Counted from the first letter of the stretch, positions 18,251 through 28,669 are shown. The stretch is DNA of 64,000 bases from Phycisphaerales bacterium (GCA_026647365.1 JAPKGW010000015.1:4177-68176); one strand, 5' to 3'. Translations and numbers: made by a program. The notes: a model not told the origin generated them from the sequence alone.

Positions 18251-19537
18251 CTAGGCGCCGGGTTCATCAGGCCTGAGCCAGCGGCGCAGGATCGGGCCGA
18301 TCGTCAGACCTTGCACAATGATTGAGAACACCACCACGACGTAAGTCATCACGAGGATCGCGTCGGTCACGCGGCCGTCCACGTGCCCCCTGAGCGCATC
18401 GCGCATGGCAAGAGCGAGTGCAACGGAGATGCCGCCGCGCAGCCCGCCCCAGGTGAGCAGTTTGACCGCATGCGGCACCCGGCGCGGCCGCGGCAGGATG
18501 CTCATCGGAATGCCGACGGAAATGAACCGGGCCGCGAGCACCGTCGGCACCGCCAGCACGCCCGCCAGCACGTACCGCCCTTCAACGGTGAGGACCAGCA
18601 CTTCCAGGCCGATGAGCACGAAGAGAACGGCGTTGAGAATCTCATCGACGAGCTCCCAGAAGGTGTCAAGGTGCTCGCGCGTCCTGTCGGACATGGCGAA
18701 GGAGCGGCCATGGTTACCGATGAGCAGGCCCGCGACGACCATAGCGATCGGTCCGGAGAGGTGCCAGACGTAGGCGACGCTGTAACCGCCTGTCACGAGC
18801 GCAAGGGTGATGAGGATCTCGACCTGGTAGTTCTCGACATCCTTGAGCATGCGATAGGCGATGAGGCCGATGACGAACCCGAAGACGGCACCGGCGACGA
18901 CCTCTTTAAGAAAGAGCATGGCGACGGAGGAAAGTCCGACAGGCTCATCGCCGTGCCCCGCGCCGGCGAAGCCGAGCAGAGCGAGAAAGACGACCACTCC
19001 CACGCCGTCGTTGAAGAGCGATTCGCCGGCGATCTTTATTTCAAGATCCTTCGGCGCCGCGATTGACTTGAGAATCCCCAGGACCGCGATCGGATCGGTC
19101 GGCGAGATCAGGGCGCCGAAGAGCAGGCAGTGGATGAGATCGGCGGGCATGCCGACGAGTTGGAAGATGCACCACGTCGCGCCGCCGACAAGGGCCGTTG
19201 AGATGACGATGCCGATCGAGGCAAGCGTGCCGATGACGAGGCGATGGCGGGCGAGATCGTCAAGGTTGATGTGCAAGGCGCCGGCGAAGAGGAGGTACCC
19301 GAGCATGCCGTGCAGGAGCGTCTCGTCGAAATCGACGGATTCGAGGAGGTGCTCGGCCGCATCGCGGACGGCTGGAACGAACGCGCCCACGACGATGAGC
19401 GCGGTGGAAAGGAACATGGCGAGAATCATCAGCCCGATGGTCGTCGGCAGACCGAGGAAGCGGTGATTGACGTAACTGAACAGGGCCGCGAGGGTGATGA
19501 GAATCGCGATGATCTCAAAGAGGCCGATGTGTTCCAT
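18251..19537 (-). CDS. Cation:proton (Na+/H+) antiporter, CPA1/NhaP-like
   Basis: 428 aa and ~12 TM, with 'SPTDPIAV' and 'GESLFNDGVGVVVF', motifs characteristic of Na+/H+ exchangers. Confidence 0.8.
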   Translation of the reverse strand: MEHIGLFEIIAILITLAALFSYVNHRFLGLPTTIGLMILAMFLSTALIVVGAFVPAVRDAAEHLLESVDFDETLLHGMLGYLLFAGALHINLDDLARHRLVIGTLASIGIVISTALVGGATWCIFQLVGMPADLIHCLLFGALISPTDPIAVLGILKSIAAPKDLEIKIAGESLFNDGVGVVVFLALLGFAGAGHGDEPVGLSSVAMLFLKEVVAGAVFGFVIGLIAYRMLKDVENYQVEILITLALVTGGYSVAYVWHLSGPIAMVVAGLLIGNHGRSFAMSDRTREHLDTFWELVDEILNAVLFVLIGLEVLVLTVEGRYVLAGVLAVPTVLAARFISVGIPMSILPRPRRVPHAVKLLTWGGLRGGISVALALAMRDALRGHVDGRVTDAILVMTYVVVVFSIIVQGLTIGPILRRWLRPDEPGA

Positions 19538-19653
19538 GGGTGGGGAGTGTATGCGGAGAGGTCAGGTCCGGAGCCATGCCCACGATGAGGCTCTGCGAAT
19601 CATGGGGTGCGTCAGCACGCGACCGATCAACCTCTGCGCCCACCGCGGAGACT

Positions 19654-20970
19654 TCAGTCTGCCGCGCGGCTGAGGATGGTTGAGCCGACGATCGTGCCCG
19701 CGGCGCCGATGGCGAGGAGGACGGCGCAGGGCAGGAGCATCTCAGTGAGCGAGAAGCCGCGCCAGATCGCGCCCTCGAGCGCGAGCACGCCCCACTTCAC
19801 CGGGCTGAAGTGGCTGAGGGTCTGCAGGACGGGCGGCATGAAGGCGAGGGGGATCATCCCGCCGCCGAAGAGCGCCATCGTGACGTTGGCCCCCCACGCC
19901 GCCCCGCCGACCGCCTCTTCGCTGCGTCCGATCACGCTCATGAGCATCATGATGCCCACGAAACAGCACGCGACGCACACAACCGCCAGCGCGAGCAGCA
20001 GGTAGTTTCCAGGCCTCATTCCCAGCGCCAGACCCAGCGCGATCATCAGGACGTTCACGCCGATGACGGCCGCGAAGCATGCTGCGCCTTTGCCGGCGAG
20101 AATGTGAAAGCGCGCGATCGGCGCGACCTTGAGGCGCGCGAACGTTCCCTGCGTGCGCTCGCGCACCATCGTAATGGCGAAGGAAGCGGCGCAGGCGAGC
20201 ACGCCCCAGAGCATGGCGGAAGGGAAACTGATGTCCCAGGGGGAGCGGATGCGGTCAAGAAGTTCGTTGGGTCTCTTCGGCGCGGTAACGTCAATCATCT
20301 TGATCTCGACGAGTCGCATTGCGGGACGGCCCTCGCCCCCGCCTTCGGCTTCCAGCCCTTGGTTGAGTGCATCGAGCGAGCCGAGAAAAGTGTCGAGCGT
20401 GCCCATGAAACCGCTGAGCAGCAGTCGCGCCGCGGGCGTGAGGTCTTCGCTCTCGAGGATTTCGCGGCGGGTCTGTTCGAGCATGGGGCGAATGGAGTCG
20501 GGGTCCATGAAGCGTTCGCCCATGAGTTCGCCGCTCGCCTGCATGATGATTCCCTTGAGCAGGCCTGCCTCCGAGGAGCGCGAGGGATCGACGCCGAGTT
20601 CGATCGCGGGCTGCTCCATCCACATGATGCCCGCCGTCTCGCCGAAGCCTGCGGGCAGGCCGATGAAGCCGAGCAGCCGGCCGCGCCGGACGGCGTCGAT
20701 CACGGCGGCGCGGTCGCCGGCGTCGGTGCGCACCTTGACGTTGCCCGTGTCTTCGAGAGCCTTGATGAATCGGCGCGACATCTCGCTCTGATCCGAGTCG
20801 ATCACCGCGACTTCGAGTTGGACCGACTCGGCATCGGTGGAAAAGGACGAACTCACGTAGCCGAACAGCACGCCCATGAGCACGGGGAATACGAGGATGA
20901 AGAAAAACCCGATCTTGTCATGCGCGACGATGCGCAGGTCCTTGACCGCGATAAGCAGTATGGCACGCAT
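19654..20970 (-). CDS. ABC-2 type exporter permease
   Basis: N-terminal TM, large extracytoplasmic loop, C-terminal 5-TM bundle. The start overlaps the upstream ATPase stop at 20970. Confidence 0.75.
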   Translation of the reverse strand: MRAILLIAVKDLRIVAHDKIGFFFILVFPVLMGVLFGYVSSSFSTDAESVQLEVAVIDSDQSEMSRRFIKALEDTGNVKVRTDAGDRAAVIDAVRRGRLLGFIGLPAGFGETAGIMWMEQPAIELGVDPSRSSEAGLLKGIIMQASGELMGERFMDPDSIRPMLEQTRREILESEDLTPAARLLLSGFMGTLDTFLGSLDALNQGLEAEGGGEGRPAMRLVEIKMIDVTAPKRPNELLDRIRSPWDISFPSAMLWGVLACAASFAITMVRERTQGTFARLKVAPIARFHILAGKGAACFAAVIGVNVLMIALGLALGMRPGNYLLLALAVVCVACCFVGIMMLMSVIGRSEEAVGGAAWGANVTMALFGGGMIPLAFMPPVLQTLSHFSPVKWGVLALEGAIWRGFSLTEMLLPCAVLLAIGAAGTIVGSTILSRAAD

Positions 20971-21890
20971 CAGTCCCGCAGACTCCTGCCGGTGAGGGAG
21001 AGGAAGACGGTTTCCAGGTTGGGCCGCGTCACGTTGAGCGTGGCGAAGATCACGCCCGCGCCGGCGAGGCGGCTGACCGCTTCGAGCGGACGTTCAGACA
21101 TGAAGCAAAGGTGGAGCCCGTCGAGCGCCGCGGGAAGGACGGAGGGATCGGGAGGCGGCCCGGCAAGGTCGGCCGCCACCATCGACGCCCCGCCGTGCGC
21201 AATCACGAGCGAATCGAGCGTGTCGAGCGCGAGCAGCCGGCCGTGGTCCATGATGGCGATGCGGTCGCAGAGGCGCTGCGCCTCTTCCATGTAATGAGTG
21301 GTGTAGATGATGGTGCGGCCTTGCGCCTTCAACTGCTCGATGCACTCGAAGATGTGGTTGCGCGACTGGGGATCGACGCCGACGGTCGGCTCATCGAGCA
21401 GAAGGACGGGGGGATCATGCACAAGCGCGCAGGCGAGATTGAGGCGGCGCTTCATTCCGCCGGAGAAGGTCCTGACGAGGTGTCGCCGGCGGTCTTCCAG
21501 CCGGGCGAAGCGCAGCGCCCAGTCGATGCGGGCGTTGAGTTGTTCGCCGGCCAGTCCGTAGAGGGCGCCGAAGAAGGCGAGATTGCGCTCGGCAGAGAGG
21601 ACGTCGTACAGCGCGAGCGACTGGGGCGCGAGTCCGATGAGGCGGCGGACCGAAGCACCTTGCGCGATGTCGCGCCCGTCGATGGTGACGCGCCCGCCGT
21701 CGGCCGCGAGGGCGCCGACGATGATGCTGATGGTGGTGGACTTGCCGGCGCCGTTGGGCCCGAGCAGGCCGAAGGTCTCGCCGCGCCGCACCTCGAAGGA
21801 CACGTCCTGCACAGCGTTGAGATTGCCGAAGGACTTTGACAGGCGCTCGACGACAATCATGGCGATCTGCGCGTCTCTCGCGTCGCACAT
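20970..21890 (-). CDS. ABC transporter ATP-binding protein
   Basis: Walker A 'GLLGPNGAGKST', signature 'FSGGMKRRLNLA', Walker B 'VLLLDEPTVGVD'. Start is ATG 21890 (GAGG RBS) or 21860. Confidence 0.85.
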   Translation of the reverse strand: MCDARDAQIAMIVVERLSKSFGNLNAVQDVSFEVRRGETFGLLGPNGAGKSTTISIIVGALAADGGRVTIDGRDIAQGASVRRLIGLAPQSLALYDVLSAERNLAFFGALYGLAGEQLNARIDWALRFARLEDRRRHLVRTFSGGMKRRLNLACALVHDPPVLLLDEPTVGVDPQSRNHIFECIEQLKAQGRTIIYTTHYMEEAQRLCDRIAIMDHGRLLALDTLDSLVIAHGGASMVAADLAGPPPDPSVLPAALDGLHLCFMSERPLEAVSRLAGAGVIFATLNVTRPNLETVFLSLTGRSLRD

Positions 21891-21898
21891 GGACGGCC

Positions 21899-23014
21899 TC
21901 ACTCGAAGAGAGGCGTGCTTCGCAGCCGCTTCGCCTCGGTCCCGTCGTGCAAGGTGAAAGACCCGCCCGGCAGCATGCACGCGCTGCCCCACTTGCCGTC
22001 TTTGCGCAGGGCGTACATGGTTACGTTGAAGTTGGGCCTGCCGGCGCCGGTAAGCAACGAGCGGCGCTTCGTGTGGTCCGCGATCCACTGGAGGGTTTTG
22101 AGGCAGGCCTCCCGCGGTTCGAGGCCGGCGGCCATATGCTGGACGGTCTGGAACGCGCCACAGGACTGGATGACCGCCTCGCCGCGCCCCGTCGCGCCCG
22201 CCGCGCCCACCTCATTATCCACGAACATCCCCGCCCCGACGATCGGCGAATCGCCGACGCGGCCGGGAATTTTGTAACTCAATCCGCTCGTTGTCGTACA
22301 CGCGCCGACGTCGCCGGCCGAACTCAACGCCGCGCAGTGAATCGTGCCGTAGTGCCACGGGATTCCGAGTTGCTCGGCCATCTCGGCCCGGGCGTCGCGC
22401 TCAAGGTGCTGCTCCTCGTTGAGCCAGTCGTCGTCGGTGTTGAGGTTCTCCTTCCACTTGAGCCACGCTTCGCGGGCGCGCTCGGTGAGAAGGTTCTCCT
22501 CCTTGAAGCCGTGCGCTTTCGCAAACGCCAGCGCCCCCGCGCCGACGATGAGCACGTGATCGGTGCGGCGCATGACGCGCAGGGCGACCTGAGCGGGGTT
22601 GCGGATGTTCTCGATGGCGGCGACGGCGCCGGCCTTGTGCGATGGGCCATGCATCACGCTGGCGTCGAGTTGCACGACGCCCGCCTCGTTGGGCAGGCCG
22701 CCATACCCGACGCTCATGTCGCCTGGATCATCTTCGACCAGCGTCACGCCGGCGACGACGGCGTCGACGGGGTCGGCGCCGCGCAGCAACTCCTCCATTG
22801 CCCTGGTCACCGCGGGCAGGCCATTGCCGCTGCTGATGACGACAGGTCCGGCGCGGCGGGCCTCGCGCCGCCAGTCGCCGCGCGTGGTCGCGGCCGAAGC
22901 CGGAGTGGACTTCAGCATCAGCGGGACGGCCGCCGTCGCTCCTGCCGCCAGAAATGTGCGTCGATCGATATCGCTCATGGCGAGAGCGTAGCGGTAACCC
23001 AGGCGCATCGCCAT
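21899..23014 (-). CDS. Ntn-hydrolase asparaginase-2 family (N4-(beta-N-acetylglucosaminyl)-L-asparaginase / isoaspartyl peptidase-like), Tat signal
   Basis: 'DIDRRTFLAAGATAAVPL' Tat motif. Also 'YGTIHCAAL', 'GACTTTSGLSYKIPGRVGDSPIVGAG'. An alternative start is ATG 22978. Confidence 0.75.
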   Translation of the reverse strand: MAMRLGYRYALAMSDIDRRTFLAAGATAAVPLMLKSTPASAATTRGDWRREARRAGPVVISSGNGLPAVTRAMEELLRGADPVDAVVAGVTLVEDDPGDMSVGYGGLPNEAGVVQLDASVMHGPSHKAGAVAAIENIRNPAQVALRVMRRTDHVLIVGAGALAFAKAHGFKEENLLTERAREAWLKWKENLNTDDDWLNEEQHLERDARAEMAEQLGIPWHYGTIHCAALSSAGDVGACTTTSGLSYKIPGRVGDSPIVGAGMFVDNEVGAAGATGRGEAVIQSCGAFQTVQHMAAGLEPREACLKTLQWIADHTKRRSLLTGAGRPNFNVTMYALRKDGKWGSACMLPGGSFTLHDGTEAKRLRSTPLFE

Positions 23015-23106
23015 GTCCGGATGCCGCCGCCGCGAGACAAGTCGGACCCGACCCGTCGTATACTTGATTCAGAGATACCCACCAAGGCCGCAGGAAGACA
23101 GGACGC

Positions 23107-24558
23107 ATGCTCTTTCGCCAGATTTACGACGACCGCCTCGCGCAGGCAGCCTACCTCATCGGCTGCCAGGCGACGGGCGAGGCGATCATCATCGACCCGC
23201 AGCGCGACATCGACCGCTACCTCCGCGAGGCGCAGCGGCACGGGTTGCGAATCGTTGCCGCGGCCGAGACGCACATTCATGCCGACTACCTCTCCGGCCT
23301 GCGCCAGTTCGGCGAAGCGGGCGCGCGGCTCTACGTCTCAGACTGCGGCGATGCGGACTGGAAGTATCAGTGGCTCGATCAGCGCAGCAGCGGCGGTGCG
23401 TACGACGCGGTCAGACTCAACGACGGCGACACGTTCCGCATCGGCGGCATTGAGTTCCGCGCCGTCCATACCCCCGGCCATACGCCCGAGCACATCTGCT
23501 TCCTCGTTACCGATCGCGGCGGCAAGGCCGATGAACCGATGGGACTCCTGTCGGGCGACTTCGTTTTCGTCGGGGACACGGGCCGGCCTGATCTGCTCGA
23601 AAGCGCCGTGGGTGTTGCCGGCGCGCAGGAGGCGTCGGCAAGGCAGTTGTTTCAGTCCGCCGGCCGCTTTGCGCAACTGCCTGACTTCCTCCAGGTCTGG
23701 CCCGCGCATGGGGCGGGCAGCGCCTGCGGCAAGGCGCTGGGAGCGGTGCCTCAGACGACGGTCGGCTATGAGAAGCGCTTCAACCCCGCCATCCGCCTTG
23801 CGGGCGACCGCGATGCGTTTCTCGACTATGTTCTCAGGGGCCAGCCGGAGCCGCCGATGTACTTCGCGCGCATGAAGACGCTCAACCGCGATGGCGCGCC
23901 GGTGCTCAAGGCACTGCCGCACCCGCGGGCGCTGACGCCGCGCGACCTCGAAACGCTGCCGCGCGAGACGGTCGTGCTCGACACGCGGCCGTGGCGCATC
24001 TTCCGTGAAGCGCACCTGCCCGGAAGTCTCTTCACTCCGTTTGACTCGTCATTCCCGACGATCCCCGGCTGCTACGTTCAAGCCGAAGATCGAATCATCC
24101 TGCTCATTGATGAAGCGATGCTCGAAGAGGCGGTGCGCCTGCTCATCCGCATCGGCCTCGATCGCATCGAGGGTTTCATCGCGCCGGAGGTGTTCGAGGA
24201 ATACCGTCGCGCCGCGGGTCGCGTCGAGTCGATCGAGGAAGTGAACGTTGCTGCCGTGTCGGATCGTATCAACCGCGGCGAGGCAAACGTCCTCGACGTG
24301 CGCCGCCTCGTCGAGCACCAGGAGGGCCACGTCGCCGGCAGCACTAACATCGCCCACACGCGCCTCATGGCCCGCGTCAAGGAACTCGAGCCCGGCGCTG
24401 ACCTGATCGTCCACTGCCGCAGCGGCGTGCGTTCGTCTTATGCGTGCGCGTACTTGAAGCGACTTGGCTTCACGCCGACGAATCTTGCGGGCGGCTTTCT
24501 CGCGTGGGAGCGCGCGGGGCAGCCGGTGGAAACGGCTCCACGCGTCGCGTCGGCGTAA
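23107..24558 (+). CDS. MBL-fold hydrolase fused to rhodanese domains (persulfide dioxygenase-sulfurtransferase type)
   Basis: Metal motif 'AAETHIHADYLSG', 'HTPGHTPEH'. C-terminal rhodanese active site 'IVHCRSGVRSSYA'. Confidence 0.8.
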   Translation: MLFRQIYDDRLAQAAYLIGCQATGEAIIIDPQRDIDRYLREAQRHGLRIVAAAETHIHADYLSGLRQFGEAGARLYVSDCGDADWKYQWLDQRSSGGAYDAVRLNDGDTFRIGGIEFRAVHTPGHTPEHICFLVTDRGGKADEPMGLLSGDFVFVGDTGRPDLLESAVGVAGAQEASARQLFQSAGRFAQLPDFLQVWPAHGAGSACGKALGAVPQTTVGYEKRFNPAIRLAGDRDAFLDYVLRGQPEPPMYFARMKTLNRDGAPVLKALPHPRALTPRDLETLPRETVVLDTRPWRIFREAHLPGSLFTPFDSSFPTIPGCYVQAEDRIILLIDEAMLEEAVRLLIRIGLDRIEGFIAPEVFEEYRRAAGRVESIEEVNVAAVSDRINRGEANVLDVRRLVEHQEGHVAGSTNIAHTRLMARVKELEPGADLIVHCRSGVRSSYACAYLKRLGFTPTNLAGGFLAWERAGQPVETAPRVASA

Positions 24559-24616
24559 CTCGGCACGGAGTCGCGAAAGGCGCGGAGAGAGCCGGGAGTG
24601 AGAGCAGCGGTGTCAC

Positions 24617-24832
24617 TTAACGAATTCTGACGTCGCCCCCGAAGAGCATCAGCACGAGCCCGATGTCGGCCAGAGCCGTGGTGATGGTGAACGGAGCGGG
24701 GTGGTCGATCGCGAGCGAGATGCTCAGCCCGCCTGCCACGAACGCCAGTGCCAGGATCACTCCCTTGAGGCCGAGTTCTTCGGCATTGGCGTAGAGCAGA
24801 ATGACGAACAGGACCGGAAGTCCGATTGTCAT
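24617..24832 (-). CDS. Small hypothetical membrane protein (71 aa, 2 TM)
   Basis: Hydrophobic two-helix profile and high GC3. No recognisable motif. Confidence 0.45.
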   Translation of the reverse strand: MTIGLPVLFVILLYANAEELGLKGVILALAFVAGGLSISLAIDHPAPFTITTALADIGLVLMLFGGDVRIR

Positions 24833-25079
24833 GCGCCGCCTCCTCGATGCAGCAGTCTACCGCGGTCCGGCGCAGGTCGCGTGTCCTGCGAAGCGCACAG
24901 CGGGACACGCGGCCGGAGCATTGGCGTCCCGCCCGTGCAAACGTGCGACCGCGCCCGCAGCGAGCCCGAAGCGTGAGCGAATCGGGAGGTTCCACGAGCC
25001 GCGTCGGCTACGATATGCTTGCGGACCTGTGCGCCGCCGACTCACCATCCCCGTGAAAGCCGGTTGAAGGGGCGTCCCC

Positions 25080-25445
25080 ATGACCTACGTCGACGGATTT
25101 CTCATCCCGCTGCCCACGAAGAACCTCGCCCGCTACCGCCGCATCGCCCGCGCCGCGTGCAAGATCTGGATGGAGTACGGCGCGCTCGAATACCGTGAGT
25201 GCGCCGGCGACGACCTCGACATCAAGGGCGTCATCCCCTTCACCAAACCGGCGCAGTGCAGGAAGGGCGAGACTGTCATCTTCGCCTGGATCGTGTACAA
25301 GAACAAGGCCCAGCGCGACCGCATCAACGCGAGAGTATGCAAGGACCCGCGCATCGCGAAGATGATGGGAACCGATCCGAAAAAGTTTCCCTTCGACTGC
25401 AAGCGCATGGTCTACGGCGGATTCAAGACCATCGTCGAGGCCTGA
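25080..25445 (+). CDS. DUF1428 family protein
   Basis: 'MTYVDGFLIPLPTKNLARYRRIARAACKIWMEYGALEYRECAGDDL' matches my recollection of the DUF1428 N-terminal signature. Confidence 0.7.
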   Translation: MTYVDGFLIPLPTKNLARYRRIARAACKIWMEYGALEYRECAGDDLDIKGVIPFTKPAQCRKGETVIFAWIVYKNKAQRDRINARVCKDPRIAKMMGTDPKKFPFDCKRMVYGGFKTIVEA

Positions 25446-25496
25446 CGCGACACTCTCCCCTCGCCAACTCTGATTTCATTCACCGAGGATTGAACC

Positions 25497-26675
25497 ATGA
25501 CCGCAGTCCGAGTTCTCGTCGGCACGAAAAAGGGCGCCTTCATCATCACTTCCGACGCCGCGCGAAAGAAGTGGACCATCTCTCCCCCGCTCTTCGCCGG
25601 GTGGGAGATCTATCACCTCAAAGGCTCAAAGGCCGACCCGAACCGCCTCTACGCCTCGCAGTCCAGCGGCTGGTTCGGCCAGATCATCCAGCGCTCCGAC
25701 GACGGCGGCAGGACTTGGACCATCCCCGGCGGCGAGAAGGTGCCCAGCCCGACCGACCCCCCTGGCGGCCAGAGCAACAAGTTCGTCTACGACACCTCCG
25801 CCGAAACCGGTAAGCCCCTCACCACGCACATGTGGTATGACGGCACGCAGCATCCGTGGGAGTTCAAGCGCGTCTGGCACATCGAGCCTTCCCTCACCGA
25901 CCCTGACCTCGTCTATGCCGGAGTCGAAGACGCCGCGATCTTCCGCTCGACCGACGGCGCCAAGACCTGGCACGAACTCGCCGGCCTGCGCGGCCATCCT
26001 TCAGGTCAGACCTGGGGCCCCGGCGCGGGCGGTCTCGGCCTGCACACCATCCTCCTCGACCCGACCAATCCGAAACGCATCTACATCGCCATCTCCGCCG
26101 CCGGCGCCTTCCGCACCGACGACGGCGGCAAGACGTGGAAACCGATTAACCGCGGCCTCAAGTCGCAGTACATTCCCGATCCCGACGCCGAGACCGGGCA
26201 CTGCATCCACAACATGGCCCTGCACCCCTCGCGCCCCGGCACACTCTTCATGCAGAAGCACTGGGACGTCTGCCGCAGCGACGACGCCGGCGACCACTGG
26301 CGCGAAGTCAGCGGCAATCTGCCGACCGACTTCGGCTTCCCCATCGCCGTCCACGCGCACGAGCCGGAGACGATCTACGTCGTGCCCATCAAGAGCGACT
26401 CCGAGCATTTTCCGCCCGATGGGAAGTTGCGCGTCTACCGCAGCCGCACCGGCGGCAACGAATGGGAAGCCCTCACCAACGGCCTTCCGCAGAAGGACTG
26501 CTACGTCAACGTCCTGCGCGACGCCATGTCCACCGACACGCTCGACCCTTGCGGCATCTACTTCGGCACAACAGGCGGACAGGTCTACGCGTCGGCGGAC
26601 AACGGGGACACATGGACGACGATCGCGCGCGATCTGCCCGCCGTGTTGAGCGTGGAGGTGCAGACAATCAAGTAG
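25497..26675 (+). CDS. BNR/Asp-box repeat beta-propeller protein (sialidase-like fold, no signal peptide)
   Basis: Five Asp-boxes: 'SDDGGRTW', 'STDGAKTW', 'TDDGGKTW', 'SDDAGDHW', 'SADNGDTW'. Confidence 0.8.
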   Translation: MTAVRVLVGTKKGAFIITSDAARKKWTISPPLFAGWEIYHLKGSKADPNRLYASQSSGWFGQIIQRSDDGGRTWTIPGGEKVPSPTDPPGGQSNKFVYDTSAETGKPLTTHMWYDGTQHPWEFKRVWHIEPSLTDPDLVYAGVEDAAIFRSTDGAKTWHELAGLRGHPSGQTWGPGAGGLGLHTILLDPTNPKRIYIAISAAGAFRTDDGGKTWKPINRGLKSQYIPDPDAETGHCIHNMALHPSRPGTLFMQKHWDVCRSDDAGDHWREVSGNLPTDFGFPIAVHAHEPETIYVVPIKSDSEHFPPDGKLRVYRSRTGGNEWEALTNGLPQKDCYVNVLRDAMSTDTLDPCGIYFGTTGGQVYASADNGDTWTTIARDLPAVLSVEVQTIK

Positions 26676-26889
26676 AGCCCGAATCGCGCCGGCCGTCGGC
26701 GCTGGTTCACGGAGGGCGGCAATTGCAACGCGATACATGACGCCGGGTACCTTGAGAACGCGATCCGGTATGTCATCAAAGGTCAGAAGCACGAAGCGCG
26801 AGCAAGGAATCGCGGTCGTCGGCGCTCCCATTATCCTTGCTCGCGCTGCGGGCTCCGGCGGCGATCCCCCCGCGACGCGGAGTTTCACA

Positions 26890-27192
26890 ATGATCCGCAT
26901 CACCATCCCCTTCCATCTTCGCACACTCGCTCGTGTGGAGGGGGAAGTGTCACTCGACATCGGCGGCGAGGCTGCGCCGACGCGCGCGATGGTCCTCGAC
27001 GCCCTCGAAGAGCGCTACCCCATGTTGCGAGGCACAATCCGCGACCACATCACCAAACAGCGCCGCCCCTTCATCCGCTTCTACGCCTGCCGGCAGGACC
27101 TCACGCACGAACCCGACGACGCCCCCCTGCCCGACCCCGTCGCCCGCGGCGAAGAACCGTTCATGATCGTCGGCGCCATCGCGGGCGGGTGA
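26890..27192 (+). CDS. MoaD/ThiS-like ubiquitin-fold protein ending in Gly-Gly
   Basis: 100 aa from ATG 26890 ([14 protein letters not shown]...), C-terminus '...[10 protein letters not shown]'. Confidence 0.7.
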   Translation: MIRITIPFHLRTLARVEGEVSLDIGGEAAPTRAMVLDALEERYPMLRGTIRDHITKQRRPFIRFYACRQDLTHEPDDAPLPDPVARGEEPFMIVGAIAGG

Positions 27193-27298
27193 ACGCCGCA
27201 TGCAGAATGGTGATGAGGGCTTTCAGCCTGCGCGAACGTGCCTTGAACCAGGCCCCGCGCGTCCGTGCGGGTCAGACACCCCCGCGCGCCACGTCTGC

Positions 27299-27694
27299 TC
27301 ATTTCAACCGTTCGAGCCGGCCCTTGCGCTTGACGATGTTCCTGTAGTCCCACTGAATCTCGATCGCCTTGGCCAGCCACCTCTGCAGATCAGCGGCTGC
27401 GATCTGGTCGACGGCCGTATAGCGCGCCTCCGCGGCTTTGAAACTCCCCTCGGCCTTCAGGGCGGGCTCATCGAAGGACTGCCCGCTCCAGAACAGCAGG
27501 CGGATGCAGTCCTTGAGTTTGCTGTAGCCGACAATCGGGTTGCCCTCGAGGAACCACACCGGATGCCGGTGCCAGATCTTGTTCTCCGCCTCCGGCAGAC
27601 TCCGCTCGATCGTCCGGCTGAGGGCATCGCAGATGCGCTTGTCCCCGGCCGACAGGGTCGCGTTGTACGCCCGAATGTCCTTGTGAATCGCCAC
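27299..27694 (-). CDS. DUF1801 (YdhG-like) domain protein
   Basis: 'DKRICDALSRTIERSLPEAENKIWHRHPVWFLEGNPIVGYSKLKDCIRLLFWSG'. GTG 27694 is preceded by GGAGCGAGG, and the upstream part of the ORF runs into a repeat element. Confidence 0.6.
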   Translation of the reverse strand: MAIHKDIRAYNATLSAGDKRICDALSRTIERSLPEAENKIWHRHPVWFLEGNPIVGYSKLKDCIRLLFWSGQSFDEPALKAEGSFKAAEARYTAVDQIAAADLQRWLAKAIEIQWDYRNIVKRKGRLERLK

Positions 27695-27751
27695 GCCTCG
27701 CTCCGTCGTTGAAGGCGCAAGTATACCGGGTCGTGGGAAACACAACGCGGC

Positions 27752-27926
27752 GTAGGGTGGGATAGGCGATGCTCCGGGAGCGCATCCCACCAGGTTGGAC
27801 GATCGACCCTCAAAGCAGTCCCGAATCCCCGCCCCGGCCGCCCGCAGCCTACCCGCTCACGTCGGCACCGGTGCCAGCCCGACAAAGGTGTGATGCGCTT
27901 CCAAAGCCGCGCTTATCCCACCCTAC
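27752..27926. repeat. MITE-like element, family B (175 bp, ~40-bp imperfect terminal inverted repeats GTAGGGTGGGATA...)
   Basis: The left end GTAGGGTGGGATAGGCGATGCTCCGGGAGCGCATCCCACC matches the reverse complement of the right end GGTGTGATGCGCTTCCAAAGCCGCGCTTATCCCACCCTAC at about 32/40 positions. Confidence 0.8.
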
Positions 27927-27965
27927 CGCCGAGCCCATGCTACTTGCTGTAGGGTGGGAAAGGCG

Positions 27966-28099
27966 GGTGCCGTGGTCCGCAGGGAGGTTCAGCGACCGAA
28001 GGGCAACGTCGTCGCGCGGACAGGCGATCATTCTTATTCGATTGTCGATCGCGCGCCCGCGTGGCCCGCGCTCCCAAAGCGTCGCTTGACCACGGCACC
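27966..28099. repeat. MITE-like element, family A copy 1 (134 bp, 12-bp TIR GGTGCCGTGGTC/GACCACGGCACC)
   Basis: Perfect 12-bp terminal inverted repeats. Near-identical to 28719-28852. Confidence 0.85.
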
Positions 28100-28171
28100 T
28101 CGGCAGGTTGTTCAAAGTGGAGTCTAAGCCACATCATCTGCTCCTTAAGACTGAAAGGGTGTTGCGAGCCA

Positions 28172-28304
28172 GTTGCCGTAGTGCAAAGGGAGGGTTGCGA
28201 TCTGAGGGCCACGGCGATGGCGCGTTCGTCAGCCAGCGTACGTTGATTGTCTCCCGCACGCTCGCGTGGCCCGCGCTCCCAAAGCGTCGCTTGACCACGG
28301 CACC
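28172..28304. repeat. MITE-like element, family A copy 2 (diverged left half)
   Basis: The right ~55 bp (CTCGCGTGGCCCGCGCTCCCAAAGCGTCGCTTGACCACGGCACC) is identical to copy 1. The left half is recognisably related but mutated. Confidence 0.7.
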
Positions 28305-28608
28305 CGGCGATCGCAGCCGCACTGCGAGTCAGGCAGGCAGCCCTCAGAGCCGGCCAGCCCGCTCCAGTCGCCGACCCCGCCCTCTCGAAACTGATTTCAC
28401 CGCCCCCGCAAGCCAATCGGCCCCGCCCGGGAGCCGCTGGTTAACTCTCAAGAGTCCCCGCGCGTGCCTTCCGATACGACTCCCGCAACGCGCGGCGGAC
28501 TCTCCGCACTTCCCGCCCCCTCTCCCGCCACGCCGCAATGCCTGCCCCTGCCTCACACTTCCCCGCACGCCCCGGCAGACTCCTTCCCCGTACCTTGCGT
28601 TTCCTCAG

Positions 28609-28669
28609 CCCTCCCGCGCGTTTCCCCCGTCCAGCGCGAAGAGAGGAGGAAGGAAACGACAAAGCCCCG
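28609..28669. repeat. ~60-bp direct repeat, family C copy 1 (internal CGTTTCC/GGAAACG hairpin)
   Basis: CCCTCCCGCGCGTTTCCCCCGTCCAGCGCGAAGAGAGGAGGAAGGAAACGACAAAGCCCCG. The second copy is at 28867-28927. Confidence 0.8.

Noticed and set aside
21836-23875. 679-aa + strand ORF spanning two genes
   Set aside because: It runs antisense through the asparaginase gene and off-frame through the MBL-rhodanese gene. It is Arg/Ala/Pro/Ser-rich and has no motifs.
24877-24912. Inverted repeat CGCGTGTCC-N15-GGGACACGCG as terminator/operator
   Set aside because: It is a GC-rich 9-10-bp stem without a U-tract, in an intergenic region where such stems arise easily at this G+C content. The evidence is insufficient.
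25837-26960. 270-aa (+) and 319-aa (-) ORFs over the BNR gene
   Set aside because: They are off-frame and antisense shadows. The 25497-26675 frame contains five canonical Asp-boxes.
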